Positions 10,361 to 21,486 of a stretch of 64,000 nt of DNA are shown one piece after another. The stretch covers positions 1,856,001 through 1,920,000 of the forward strand of contig OY760175.1 in NCBI GenBank assembly GCA_963663165.1, read 5' to 3'. The notes under the pieces were generated by a model. It was given only the letters and a program-made list of their open reading frames with translations, had not been told where the DNA came from and ran no database searches. Source of the DNA: an uncultured Desulfospira sp. (lineage in GTDB: Bacteria; Desulfobacterota; Desulfobacteria; Desulfobacterales; Desulfobacteraceae). The translations under genes were made by a program, and so were the position numbers. How positions within the stretch are numbered: the first letter of the stretch is position 1; each line of letters begins with the position of its first letter.

Positions 10361-11257
10361 ATGACAGATGACATCGTACTTACATATAGAGGCAGGACGG
10401 CAACCCGTGATGATATTGCCTTCATCAACCGGTTAATAAAGGATAACCCCCAAGCCAGCCGTTTGGCATTGTCAAAAATGCTGTGCACGGAATGGAATTG
10501 GGTTCAGCCCAACGGTAATCTTCGTGACATGATTGCCAGAGGATACATGCTGGCACTTCACAGGCAGGGGCATATCACCCTTCCAGCCAGAAAGCAGACT
10601 CCCAATAATCCATTTTTGAACCGAAAAAAACCGGCAAAAATACAGATAGATCAAACCCGGGTGACGGCCGGTCTTAATGAGCTCACACCCCTTGATATTG
10701 AACTGGTTAAAAATACCCCCAATGAGGCATTGTTCAATAGCCTGATCGAGCACCATCATTATCTGGGATATTGCCATCCAGTTGGAGAGCAGCTCAAGTA
10801 CATGGTTTTTTATCAAAAAAGGCCTGTGGCATGTTTTTCATGGTCATCGGCACCACTGCATATTGGTGCCAGGGACCGGTACATCGGATGGGAGAAAAAA
10901 CACAGGGATCACAATCTTTGTTACATTGCATATAACAGCCGCTTTTTGATTTTACCTTGGTTCCGGGTGCCTCACCTGGCCTCCTGTCTTTTGGGTTACA
11001 TGGCCAGAAACCTGTCAAAAGACTGGGAGCGTATCTATTGCCATCCTGTTTATTACCTTGAGACATTCGTCGATACCGAATTATTTTCAGGAACCTGTTA
11101 CAAGGCCTCGAACTGGCAATATCTTGGAGAGACAACCGGGCGAGGCAAGCATGAACGCCGGCATATCAAGACCAGATCAATCAAAGCGGTCTGGGGATAT
11201 CCCTTGGTGAAAAATTTTAGAACCCTCATGACAAAGCTGCCCGATGAAATCATTTAG
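10361..11257 (+). CDS. DUF4338 (DruA-like) protein
   Basis: HHYLGY, RDRYIGW, NSRFLILPW, LETFVD, GTCYKASNW. Confidence 0.88.
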   Translation: MTDDIVLTYRGRTATRDDIAFINRLIKDNPQASRLALSKMLCTEWNWVQPNGNLRDMIARGYMLALHRQGHITLPARKQTPNNPFLNRKKPAKIQIDQTRVTAGLNELTPLDIELVKNTPNEALFNSLIEHHHYLGYCHPVGEQLKYMVFYQKRPVACFSWSSAPLHIGARDRYIGWEKKHRDHNLCYIAYNSRFLILPWFRVPHLASCLLGYMARNLSKDWERIYCHPVYYLETFVDTELFSGTCYKASNWQYLGETTGRGKHERRHIKTRSIKAVWGYPLVKNFRTLMTKLPDEII

Positions 11258-12791
11258 CCTGAAGGAGGAAGAGCTTGACGCGCTCATAAATCGAGTGGAG
11301 TCAGGCTGTCTTAAAGCGGGGGATGCCGACATTATCAAAGCCATGGTAGATGCTGTAAAATCTTTGAGTCAGGCAGTCAATGATAAGGCAACATCCATTA
11401 AAAAACTTTTAAAAATGATTTTCGGTTCCAAGACTGAGAAAAAGAAAAGCCCTTCTAAAAACAAAAAATCAGGTTCCACCACCCAAAAGGAAAAGAAGAA
11501 AGGCCATGGCAACCGTTGCGCCGATGAATTTACAGGTGCTGACAAGGTTGCTATTGCCCATGAAACCCTGTCTCATAAAGACCCGTGCCCTTTATGCCCA
11601 AATGGGATTCTTTACCTTCAGAAAAAACCGGGTCTTGTGATCCACTTTACAGGGCATGCACCGATCAATGCCACAATCTATGAAACTGAAAAACTTCGGT
11701 GTAATCTGTTCGGCGAAGTTTTTACTGCCCAGGCACCGGAAAACAAAACCGGCAGGCACTATGACCCAAGTGCCATGGCAATGATGGCCATTTTAAGATA
11801 TGGATGCGGATTACCCTGGAACCGTTTGGCAAATCTCCAGGAAAGTATGGGAGTCCCGCTTCCGGCTTCGACTCAGTGGGAGAAGACAGAAGCGGCAGCC
11901 GACCTCATTTATCCGGTTTTTAATGAACTCGTTTTCCAGGCAGCCCAGGGAGACACCCTTCATAACGATGACACCACCATGAAAATCCTTTCGTTGATGA
12001 AGGAGAATCAAGACAAAACAACAAATGAACGAACCGGGATGTTTACAACGGGCATTATCTCCCAAATCGGTGATGACCGGAAAATAGCCCTGTTTTACAC
12101 AGGCCGGAACCATGCCGGTGAAAACATCGCCCGGCTCTACGGAATGCGGGACAAAGACTGTCCCACGCCGGTTCAGATGTGTGATGCTTTGTCGCGCAAC
12201 TTTTCTGATGAATTTAAAAGGATTCTTTGTAACTGTCTCACCCATGCCCGCCGAAATTTTGTGGATGTAGAAGAGCATTTCCCAGATGAATGCGGGCATG
12301 TCATAGATGTCCTGGCTGATGTTTATCATAATGATGCCCATACAAAAAAACAGGCGATGACACCGGAACAACGGTTGGCTTATCATAAGGAACACAGCAG
12401 ACCTTTGATGGCAGCTCTTCGATCCTGGCTGGACAAACAACTTAATGAACATCTGGCGGAACCGAATTCTGGCCTGGGCAAAGCCATCGCCTATATGATT
12501 AAACATTGGCCTGAGTTAACCCGTTTTTTGAAAACGCCTGGTGCCCCCCTGGATAACAACATTTGCGAACGTAGCCTGAAACAGAGTATCCTGCATCGAA
12601 AAAACGCACTATTTTATAAAACGGAACATGGTGCCTTTGTTGGTGATATGTTCATGAGCCTGATTCAGACCTGCAATCTGATGAAGGTCAATCCATTTGA
12701 TTATCTGATCACATTGCTGAATAACGCAACTGAGCTGAGAACCGATCCTTCCCGGTGGATGCCTTGGAATTATAAAACCGTATCAGCGTAA
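11244..12791 (+). CDS. tnpC: IS66 transposase TnpC
   Basis: HNDDTT, CLTHARRNF, LDNNICERSLK. Confidence 0.93.
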   Translation: MKSFSLKEEELDALINRVESGCLKAGDADIIKAMVDAVKSLSQAVNDKATSIKKLLKMIFGSKTEKKKSPSKNKKSGSTTQKEKKKGHGNRCADEFTGADKVAIAHETLSHKDPCPLCPNGILYLQKKPGLVIHFTGHAPINATIYETEKLRCNLFGEVFTAQAPENKTGRHYDPSAMAMMAILRYGCGLPWNRLANLQESMGVPLPASTQWEKTEAAADLIYPVFNELVFQAAQGDTLHNDDTTMKILSLMKENQDKTTNERTGMFTTGIISQIGDDRKIALFYTGRNHAGENIARLYGMRDKDCPTPVQMCDALSRNFSDEFKRILCNCLTHARRNFVDVEEHFPDECGHVIDVLADVYHNDAHTKKQAMTPEQRLAYHKEHSRPLMAALRSWLDKQLNEHLAEPNSGLGKAIAYMIKHWPELTRFLKTPGAPLDNNICERSLKQSILHRKNALFYKTEHGAFVGDMFMSLIQTCNLMKVNPFDYLITLLNNATELRTDPSRWMPWNYKTVSA

Positions 12792-12959
12792 TGCAATCCC
12801 AGCATGCCCGTCCCCCTTTTTTTTTGTGACGAATTCAACTGGTTTATCCCCGAAAAAAAGCTTGTGCATGTTTACCGAAGGGACACAAAATAACTAATAA
12901 AATAGTTGGGGTTAATTGAATTGGCGTTTTTAATATTGTCCAAATGTTCATAATATTTT

Positions 12960-13090
12960 TCCGAACGGGGAGCTGATGGGGCAGGCTTTTGAACCCCAAA
13001 ACTCTCGATAAAAAGTTGAATTTTCCTGAACCAGGGACTCCCGAAAAGGCCGCGCAGTAAGCCTGGTCCCTCTCCACCGTTTTGTTCGGC
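12960..13090 (-). other. attC site 3
   Basis: R'' GCCGAAC, R' GTTCGGA; downstream cassette truncated by IS66. Confidence 0.88.
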
Positions 13091-13251
13091 ATTTATGGAT
13101 TGTCAGGTACGGTACTTCCAATAACCAGGCTTACGGTGCTCATGGGCAACAGCCGCTATGATGATCTTTTCACCCCGTATGAAAAATGGAATATAATACG
13201 GAAATACCGGGCAATTCACTCTTCTATAACCACCAGAACGTTCTCTCCAAA

Positions 13252-15152
13252 CTTACTTTCCGCACCCATAAATAAAAAATAAGTGTGAATTTATTATTCT
13301 ATAAATTCAGGTAGATAGAGTTTACTGAATTCTATTCAGTAAATAAATTTTGTTCAGACTAGATTTTTTTCCTTCTAGGTGATATCGATTTCCCAGTAAA
13401 GCAAATCAACAGACACCTTGGAGGTTAAATGGAAATCAAAGACTTCGGCAGTCTGACAATAACCGATGTGCAGTTCCTACCCATAGTCAAAGAATATGCC
13501 CGCCGGATAAATCTGGTAGAAACAATCAACCAGATGGTGAATACCCAGATGGATCTTCAGCCGGGCCCTGTTGTTCTCGGCATGGTTTTGGATACCCTGT
13601 CCGGGAGATCACCCCTTTACCGGTTAAAAGATTTTCTCGACGAAAAAGACATCGAACTGCTGCTTGGCAAGGCAGTATCCCTGGAACAGTTTACAGACCA
13701 TAATATTGGCCGTGCATTGGATAAAATTTTTGAAACAGGAACCCAAAAGATATTCGGCCAATTGAGCCAGAACGCTGTCAATGGTTTCCAAATCAAGCCG
13801 ACCGGAGCCCACTATGACACAACATCTGTCAGTGTTTACGGTGATTACGCCATGACAGATGAGCCGTTTGAAATCACTTACGGCCACAGCAAAGATAAGC
13901 GTCCGGATCTAAAGCAGTTCCTTGTTGAAATGCTGTGTGTTGACAGAAACATTCCCTTATTTGGAGGGACTCGGGATGGCAATGCATCCGACAAGACCTT
14001 GAACAATGAAGTGCTGACTACGATCTCCAAACACATGGCCAACCATGGACTTAAAGAAAATGCGTTCGTGTATGTTGCAGATTCTGCCTTTGTAACGGAA
14101 GATAACCTTGGGAAAGCTGGAAAAACAAAATTTGTCAGTCGGCTGCCGGCCACTTATAATGAATGCAGCCGCGCTATCAAAGAAGCGGTTCAGGCCGATA
14201 ATTGGGTTGATATCGGTGTCCTTGCTGAAACAGAGGATACACAGAAACGACCGGCAGCACACTACAAAGCCTTTGAGACCACCGTGACCTTGTATGGGAC
14301 CACTTATCGGGCGGTGGTCGTACATTCCAGCGCTCACGATAAGCGCCGACACAAAAAAATCGATCGTCAATTAGGCAAGAACAAAAAAGAGCTTGAACAG
14401 CAGGTCCAGAAACTACTCACAGAACCGTATTACTGCAACGATGATGCCCAGGCTGCGGTTGAAAAAATATCCCGGTTGCCGAAAAAATCGGATCTTTTCA
14501 CCGTATCGGCAACCATTGATAAGGCGCCCAAATATTCGAGGGGCCGCCCGAAAAAGGGAGAGACGCGCGTTCCGGATAGATTTGAATATCGCATAACCCT
14601 TTTCGTTGATGAGGATGAAGAAAAGGTCCAATTTCTTCGGGAAGAAGCTGGATGTTTTGTACTTCTTTCCAACTTAACTTCTCATCAGGAAGAATCTGAA
14701 TGGTCTGCTAAAGATCTTCTAAAATTGTATAAGAACCAGAGCGGCATTGAACAAAACTTCGGCTTCCTAAAAGATCCCGTTATCATCAACAGCGTTTTTC
14801 TGAAAAAAAACTCAAGGATTGAAGTCCTCGGGATGATTTTGCTGATTTCATTGCTGATATGGCGCCTTATTGAAAGGGCTATGCGTTTGTATATCAAAGA
14901 TAATCAGACAACAATGACAGGTTGGGTAAGAAGAAGGACCAAACGGCCCACTTCATTCATGATGTCAACCAAGTTCCATACGGTTCTTGTGGTTAAAAGC
15001 GGAAACCAAAGACAGCTTGCCAAACCCTTGAAATCTGTTCATCTGGAATATCTCAAAGCACTTGATGTCAAGCCGGAGGTTTTCATTACACCTTGACCTC
15101 TATAACCCTTAAAATTACTCACATCTTATCGGAGTGGGGTGCGGAAAGTAAG
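13252..15152 (+). mobile_element. IS1634-family element
   Basis: TIR CTTACTTTCCGCACCC; 6-bp target duplication TCCAAA. Confidence 0.92.
13429..15096 (+). CDS. IS1634-family transposase
   Basis: HYDTTS, GHSKDKRPDLKQF, YVADSA, IEQNFGFLK. Confidence 0.92.
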   Translation: MEIKDFGSLTITDVQFLPIVKEYARRINLVETINQMVNTQMDLQPGPVVLGMVLDTLSGRSPLYRLKDFLDEKDIELLLGKAVSLEQFTDHNIGRALDKIFETGTQKIFGQLSQNAVNGFQIKPTGAHYDTTSVSVYGDYAMTDEPFEITYGHSKDKRPDLKQFLVEMLCVDRNIPLFGGTRDGNASDKTLNNEVLTTISKHMANHGLKENAFVYVADSAFVTEDNLGKAGKTKFVSRLPATYNECSRAIKEAVQADNWVDIGVLAETEDTQKRPAAHYKAFETTVTLYGTTYRAVVVHSSAHDKRRHKKIDRQLGKNKKELEQQVQKLLTEPYYCNDDAQAAVEKISRLPKKSDLFTVSATIDKAPKYSRGRPKKGETRVPDRFEYRITLFVDEDEEKVQFLREEAGCFVLLSNLTSHQEESEWSAKDLLKLYKNQSGIEQNFGFLKDPVIINSVFLKKNSRIEVLGMILLISLLIWRLIERAMRLYIKDNQTTMTGWVRRRTKRPTSFMMSTKFHTVLVVKSGNQRQLAKPLKSVHLEYLKALDVKPEVFITP

Positions 15153-15296
15153 TCCAAAGCATTGGGTCTTCGAGGATTTTATCAAGAACATGGCCAACCT
15201 CTTTGCGGAAACGTTTTCCTAACCCAGGTTCTTTAGATTCATACCAAGTGGCTGCTTCAAATAGCTCTAATTCAGCCTCATCCAGAAATTCAATTA

Positions 15297-15527
15297 TCAT
15301 TGATTAAGTCGACGGTCTAAATCGGCAAAAACGCTGCAGGCAGGTCGAGAGCTAATTTCGCCCCTGTCATAACGAGCAATACGCTCCTTAATGGTCGTAT
15401 CCCAGGCGGAACTTACATCTTCTGATGCATTAGGCTCGTTTAACATCAAAATTCGGTTGGCAAGGGTAAGCCTTTGATCTTCAGGTAAGAGAATAGCGTC
15501 TTGTAATATTTGATTTATCGAGTTCAT
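15297..15527 (-). CDS. Addiction module antitoxin component
   Basis: LPEDQRLTLANRIL...AWDTTIKERI; overlaps toxin start. Confidence 0.85.
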   Translation of the reverse strand: MNSINQILQDAILLPEDQRLTLANRILMLNEPNASEDVSSAWDTTIKERIARYDRGEISSRPACSVFADLDRRLNQ

Positions 15528-15960
15528 ATCTGTAATATATCAACCTTCACTTTATTTGTCATGGTCTATTTCTTTAGAGATCGGGTAGCCGGGGGTAGTT
15601 GTCTACCCCAGGCCCCCTCAGAACCGTACGTGACAGTTTCCCGTCATACGGCTCAAGCATTTCTAAGGCTAAGCCTGGCGGGGCCGCCCGGTTGTTTAAG
15701 CAATAATGAAATTTACAGTTATTCCATAGCATGCTTCTTTGAGCATCCGCCAGGGAAGTACAGTTCTTTTTTCCCTGTTCAAAAAACCAGTGCTGACGCA
15801 TGAAAATTTATAGTCAATGATATCAATGACGCAGCTCGATATCCAAAATTATTTTGTCGCAAAATTTAAATAGACAAAATTTCGGCCTTTTGATAATGTA
15901 GCATAGGGTACGAATGAGCGCCCCCCCAATCGAGACACTACATTTGAAGAGGAGGATGTC

Positions 15961-16836
15961 GTGATTGTCCAATGTGGCCGGAAAATTAAAGACGAAGAGC
16001 TTATACAGATTTGCGAGACAGTAGAGACCTTTTCGAATTTGAGTCAGACTGAACTGGCTCATACAATATGCGAACATTTGGGCTGGTATACCGCTTCTGG
16101 TAGGAACAAGGTGGATGCCTGCCGGAAATTGCTTCTGCGACTGGAGTCCCAAGGTCTCATACGGTTGCCTGAAAAAGAGAAACTCGGTCCCATAAAGGGC
16201 TCTCAACAGAAACTGCCGGTAGCGGACGACAGGACCCAGCCCCAAGATAAGGTAGCGGGCACGCTTTCGGATATCGGGCCGATCGTTGTCAGGGTCGCAC
16301 AAGACACGGAAGAACGCTCACTGGTTAATGAATACCTGCACCGTTACCATTATCTTGGCTACAAGCGGCCGTTCGGATGTCATCTGCGTTATTTGATACA
16401 AGCTCAAGAGCGCATATTGGGATGTATGCTGTTCTCAGGGGCGGCCAAGGCGCTGACCCCGAGGGATCGATGGATCGGCTGGAGCACCAACGAACGCTTA
16501 AGAAACTTGGGATTTGTTGTAAACAATGGACGCTTCCTGATTTTTCCGTGGGTCAAGGTCCGGTATCTGGCAAGTCACGTATTGGGTAAAATTGTCAGAG
16601 ATCTGGTGCAAGACTGGGAGCGGAGCTGGGGGTATCGGCCGGCTTTGCTGGAGACCTTTGTCGACCCACAACACTTCGATGGGACGTGCTATCGGGCGGC
16701 CAATTTTAGACACCTTGGCATGACCAGCGGAAAGGGGCTTGTCCGGCAGGGTAGAAGTTACAGGACCAGTCCCAAAAAAATCTTCGTTTATCCGCTGGTG
16801 AATAATTTCCGTCAGGTTTTGAGGCAGATCGGATGA
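15961..16836 (+). CDS. DUF4338 (DruA-like) protein
   Basis: YHYLGY, RDRWIGW, NNGRFLIFPW, LETFVDP, GTCYRAANF. Confidence 0.88.
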   Translation: MIVQCGRKIKDEELIQICETVETFSNLSQTELAHTICEHLGWYTASGRNKVDACRKLLLRLESQGLIRLPEKEKLGPIKGSQQKLPVADDRTQPQDKVAGTLSDIGPIVVRVAQDTEERSLVNEYLHRYHYLGYKRPFGCHLRYLIQAQERILGCMLFSGAAKALTPRDRWIGWSTNERLRNLGFVVNNGRFLIFPWVKVRYLASHVLGKIVRDLVQDWERSWGYRPALLETFVDPQHFDGTCYRAANFRHLGMTSGKGLVRQGRSYRTSPKKIFVYPLVNNFRQVLRQIG

Positions 16837-18461
16837 GCAAGCCTATCCGACGCCCCAATCGTGAGGAGATAAAGGCCAAAAGAAAGCAGTTTAAAAAGGA
16901 GCAGAGAAAATTACGTCGGGATGAAGAGGCCAGGGGATTTCAGCCGCCCTCTCATGGCACAATTTCTAACTGCAAATGCCGATATGAAAGTGTAGAACAG
17001 GAGGGGCGCATCCGCAATGAGGCCGTGGCTGAGAAAATGAGTATTTTTCGCGCTAAGCTGCCCATTCTGCTCAAACGTATGGCCAAGATTGAAGACCCTC
17101 GAAACCCTAAGAAGATAAAACACCAAATATCCACACTCATGATCTATGGGATACTGACCTTTGTGTTTCAGATGGCTTCTTGCCGTGAGGCCAACAAAGA
17201 AATGAGCCGGCCGATGTTCTGGAAGAATCTTCAATATTTTTTCCCGGAGCTTGAAACGCTTCCCCATCATGATACGTTAAAACGCCTATTGTCTAAGATT
17301 GATATCAATCAAATCAAGAAGCTTCATCTCGATCTGGTCAGAGATCTGATCCGGAAAAAGAAATTTCGACGGTACCTGGTCAATGGCTGTTATCCGATTG
17401 CCATAGATGGTACAGGTAAATTCAAACGCGACTGGCTTTGGGATGAAGAGTGCCTGGAACGTAACATCAAGAAAGAGGATGGCACCAGGAAACAGTATCA
17501 TGTCTATGTTCTGGAAGCTAATCTTGCGTTTTCCGATGGCATGAGCATTCCGCTGATAAGCGAAATCCTGAGCTACACCGAAGGAGATACCGCTAATGAT
17601 AAGCAGGACTGCGAACTCAAGGCGTTTTACCGGTTAGCCTCTTGCCTGAAGGCGGCATTTCCCGCCCTAAAAATTATGGTGCTTTTGGATGGGCTTTATG
17701 CCAAGGGCCCCGTGGCAGAAATTTGCCGAACAAACAAATGGCAGTTCATGATTGTACTGAAAGATGACGCTCTACCCAGCGTAATGAATGAATTTGAAAC
17801 GCTTGCCGCACTCGATACAGAAAACTGCCACCAACACACATGGGGCAATAGGAAACAGGTTTTTCGGTGGATCAACGCCATTGACTACCGGTTTGGTCCG
17901 AACGGCAAGAAAAGTCAAATCCTGCACGTTGTTGAATGCAAAGAGAGCTGGAAAGAGGTTAGCCGGGAAAGCGGTCAACCGGAAAAGAAAAATAGTCGTC
18001 ATGTGTGGTTGTCCAGCGAACCTTTGGACAGATTTAATCTTCACGAACGATGCAACATAGCCGCCCGTTCCCGTTGGTGTATTGAAACCGGTATTCTCGT
18101 TGAGAAACATCATGGATATGAGTACGAGCACTGTTTTTCGTATGATTGGATGCTAAGATTCAAAAAATGTAACGCGGATACGCCAAATCAGCTACAAAAT
18201 AATATAACGGGAAGATATCCCGCCGCTTTACCCCGCCAATAAAATATATAAACCTTACCTCGCTTACCCCGCAGTTATCCCGCCGCGAATTTTTTCGAAA
18301 AAAGCTTTGCCAATCTATTTGGAAGAAGTCAATACTTCCTTGATAAAAAAGGCTCGAAGCTGCAACTTCGAGCCTTCAATGTAGACATCCGAGTAGGTTA
18401 CGGAAGCCACACCACCGTTTTTATCTAACCACGGCTTCCGTAATTTAGCAAGAGCGGAAGC

Positions 18462-18851
18462 ATGGAAATCGTTTTATTAAAACGTATCGAGTGTAAGCGA
18501 TGTTTCCAAATTTTCTATGTGTGCCGCAGTTGCTGGCGGGGGCAGGCATATTGCTGTCAAGAATGCCGCCAGGAGGCCCGCAAAGAAGCGCACTGCAAAG
18601 CTCAAAAAAAATATCGACAAACGCCAAAAGGTAAAGAGGCCCACCGTCGTCAAGAAAAAAACAAAAGATTACGTCAAGCTGAAAAAACCATGGATGATAC
18701 ATCTACTATACCCGGTGTAACCCATGATAGTGTCTCTCCCAAGCCATTATGTTCCGGCCCCTGTTGCCATTTTTGTGGGAAAATTGGTTGGGTTGTAGAG
18801 CATTTTCCCTGGCGCGGATATGCAAAACGACCTGTAAGGGCCAATCAATGA
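18462..18851 (+). CDS. Cys-rich zinc-binding protein (T1)
   Basis: CKRC...CRSCWRGQAYCCQEC, basic helix. Confidence 0.75.
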   Translation: MEIVLLKRIECKRCFQIFYVCRSCWRGQAYCCQECRQEARKEAHCKAQKKYRQTPKGKEAHRRQEKNKRLRQAEKTMDDTSTIPGVTHDSVSPKPLCSGPCCHFCGKIGWVVEHFPWRGYAKRPVRANQ

Positions 18852-18860
18852 AACATCTTA

Positions 18861-19265
18861 ATGGAGGATAAGACAATGAAAAAAGAAATATTGACAGGCC
18901 ATTGCAACAAAATGAAAAACAGATTTTCATCCCGGGAGCTATTTAAACTGAGAAACGATATCCCTGTGGATATGCTGATCCGTGACCATTTACAGATTCC
19001 ATCCAAAATCAGGGATGGTGTTTTCCGGTTTTTATGTCCTTTGTGCAATGAGTTTCAAACCGCTGTAAATCCAGCCACCAATCTGGCCAGGTGTTTTCGG
19101 TGTGAGAAGAATTTCAACACCATTGATCTGGTCATGGAAGTCAAGGGATATGGATTCAGGGACAGTGTATTTTTTTTGAAAGAACTGGATGCGGTCTCCT
19201 ATGTCCCGGCAAATGTGTTGACGTCTCTTGCCACCGGTATCGGTCAACCCTGGCCTGGGAAGTAA
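18861..19265 (+). CDS. CHC2-type (primase zinc-binding) domain protein (T1)
   Basis: FLCPLC...RCFRCEKNFNTIDLVMEVKGYGFRDSV resembles the DnaG zinc-binding domain. Confidence 0.75.
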   Translation: MEDKTMKKEILTGHCNKMKNRFSSRELFKLRNDIPVDMLIRDHLQIPSKIRDGVFRFLCPLCNEFQTAVNPATNLARCFRCEKNFNTIDLVMEVKGYGFRDSVFFLKELDAVSYVPANVLTSLATGIGQPWPGK

Positions 19266-19267
19266 AG

Positions 19268-19822
19268 ATGAAACGGCTGCTTCAACTGGAGACCCTTATT
19301 GCCCGTAATCAGGAGAGTTTCTATAAGATCGGTCAGGCGTTAAAAGAAATCCGTGACAGCCGCCTGTACAAACTGGCCCTGTTTGAGACATTTGAAGCAT
19401 ATACCAGGGAACGGTGGGATATGGGCAAGTCCCATGCATACCGCCTGATCAAATCTTATGAAGTGATCTATAATTTGTCCCCAATTGGGGACAAAACACC
19501 TGCCAATGAATCCCAGGTCCGGCCTCTTGCTCAATTGGACCCCCTGGACCAGCGCAACACCTGGAAGGCAATCATAGACAACGGTATTGAGTTAACCGCA
19601 CGGAACATCAAAAAATTTGTAGAGGCCCAAAAAATACCCCCGGAGAACAAACCGGATTTGGCGGAACGGATTTCGGCTGAATACATGGCAGCCGTACATG
19701 CAATGATTGAACAGGTGCGGGTGGCCCAGCATGATCATTGGCAGCAAACGTCCCGGCAGGCTGCATTGTTGTGGCACAGGGTGATCCGCGAAAAAATTTT
19801 ATCAAAAGGGGCAAGACAATGA
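19268..19822 (+). CDS. Putative DNA-binding protein, DUF3102-like (T1)
   Basis: IGQALKEIRDSRLY...TFEAY...AYRLI...NESQVRPL. Confidence 0.7.
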   Translation: MKRLLQLETLIARNQESFYKIGQALKEIRDSRLYKLALFETFEAYTRERWDMGKSHAYRLIKSYEVIYNLSPIGDKTPANESQVRPLAQLDPLDQRNTWKAIIDNGIELTARNIKKFVEAQKIPPENKPDLAERISAEYMAAVHAMIEQVRVAQHDHWQQTSRQAALLWHRVIREKILSKGARQ

Positions 19823-21486
19823 AGAACCTGAGCCTTGATGACCGTTTTTATTTGCTGCTCCATAAAAAAATCATGAATAAAACCGGATCAGCCAAAAGAA
19901 GGTCCAAAAAATATTACAAAGACCAGTACAGGAAAACCGGCATTATCCCGACGCCCCTTCTACTGGTTGAAAAAGGGATTATGGACGGCCGCAAATGCAG
20001 CGGCCGGCCCCGGTCCATAGATGAACAAACCAAAAGGCGGTTTATCGAAATGGTCAAGGCCTCCTGTGACCCGTCATCCCAGGGGTTTATTTTTATTACC
20101 CGAAAAGCCAGAACCATTAAAAATTACCACTATTGGCTTGAAAGAGAATTGGGAAAAACCATCAGCCTTCCGGCACTCAGGCGATGTGCCCAAAGGGAAG
20201 GCCTTAAATTTTACCTGGAAAAAGAAGATTTTGAAGAAAATGCCCCGGTGAAAAACGCATTCAAGCCTGTTCCGGTGTTTGGCCTGATACAGGTAGACGG
20301 TTGCAACTTTCGATATTTAAAAATCAAAAATGAGGCTGGCCACTGGCAAAAACCCCAAGTCATTGAAACGTTTGATACCGGTTCCCGGTACATGTTTGAA
20401 CTTGATGCCTATTTCGATGAAAGCAGCTTAAGCTCAGTGGATTTGTTTAACCGGTTTTTGCTTTCCACCCCATTTCCCCAGAAGAAAGTCCGGTTCAGGC
20501 CGGATAACGCCACAGGATTTGTAAATCTCAAAAGAGTCATCAACGCCTTGAATATAAAACATTCCGTTCCCGGAGGATTTTATCTGGCGCCGGATTTTTC
20601 AAGGGTAAGTGCCCCCAGGGACAAGGCCCATCTTGAGTCCTCCCATCGCAGTCTTCATAATTTTGAAATCCGAATCATCAAGGCGTTTGAAGACAGGATT
20701 GTAAAGACCGTTCCAGGGGTTATCTTCAATAATAAGAAAAAAGAAAAAATCACTGTGACACTCCTTGATATTACACTCCGGGATTTAAGACACAGCCCCC
20801 TGATAAAAGAATACCGCCACGAACATAACCACACCAAACATTATTTTAGCGAAAATGGAAAGATCAGTGCATGGGTTCCGGCACAAAAGCTGGAAGAATT
20901 TTTATCAAGGCAAGCCGATATCCTTACCTTTTCACCGGATGAGGTGCAGGAATATATGAAGTATGGCTACAGGAAAATAAAAGCCACTGTATCTAACAAA
21001 AGAACCATTCGCCATGACAACCGGATCTATTGTGTAACCAGTGGTACAGACCGGTTCAGCAGGCATAAAAGTACACCGGTGCAAATATCAGTATATAAGG
21101 GCAAGCTGTTTATTTTTGAACGGGGGGAAGACGGCATACTATTGGGCGAAGCCCTTGCCACAAAGCCGTTTGACAAACCACCTGACCCAAAATCTGTACC
21201 AGTGGCCCCGGATGAACTCGACATGATGATCATTTTTCTGGAAAAGCACAACATGGCCGTCGACCGGCGAGTCTTAATTGAAGCTTATCATAGCGGCCTC
21301 ACTCTGGCCCGGGCTCAACAAGTGCTTCATCATAATCAATCCAGGTACAAGAATTATATGAAAAAGATGCGGCAACCTGAAACACAGAAAAAGCAGGCGG
21401 TATTCAATGCCTTTATGCTTGACTGCCGGAAATTGATCAATACAAACCATGTGGCCACGTATGCATCCTGCGGAGATTTAACATGA
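19819..21486 (+). CDS. Mu/Tn552-like DDE transposase (T1)
   Basis: GRPR, IQVDG, RPDNATGF, KAHLESSH catalytic-like motifs. Confidence 0.8.
   Translation: MKNLSLDDRFYLLLHKKIMNKTGSAKRRSKKYYKDQYRKTGIIPTPLLLVEKGIMDGRKCSGRPRSIDEQTKRRFIEMVKASCDPSSQGFIFITRKARTIKNYHYWLERELGKTISLPALRRCAQREGLKFYLEKEDFEENAPVKNAFKPVPVFGLIQVDGCNFRYLKIKNEAGHWQKPQVIETFDTGSRYMFELDAYFDESSLSSVDLFNRFLLSTPFPQKKVRFRPDNATGFVNLKRVINALNIKHSVPGGFYLAPDFSRVSAPRDKAHLESSHRSLHNFEIRIIKAFEDRIVKTVPGVIFNNKKKEKITVTLLDITLRDLRHSPLIKEYRHEHNHTKHYFSENGKISAWVPAQKLEEFLSRQADILTFSPDEVQEYMKYGYRKIKATVSNKRTIRHDNRIYCVTSGTDRFSRHKSTPVQISVYKGKLFIFERGEDGILLGEALATKPFDKPPDPKSVPVAPDELDMMIIFLEKHNMAVDRRVLIEAYHSGLTLARAQQVLHHNQSRYKNYMKKMRQPETQKKQAVFNAFMLDCRKLINTNHVATYASCGDLT

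Larger units (their letters stand above)
9473..12886 (+). mobile_element. IS66-family element with DUF4338 passenger
   Basis: TIR GTGTCCCTTCGGTAA; tnpA-tnpB-DUF4338-tnpC; no matching target duplication. Confidence 0.9.
13103..15300 (-). pseudogene. ParE/RelE toxin interrupted by IS1634
   Basis: MIIEFLDEAELE...PMLW joins RERSGGYRRVNCPVFPY...AVAHEHRKPGYW once the IS is removed. Confidence 0.88.

Noticed and set aside
10361..11257. Complete Druantia system
   Set aside because: No druB-E genes; the gene sits inside an IS
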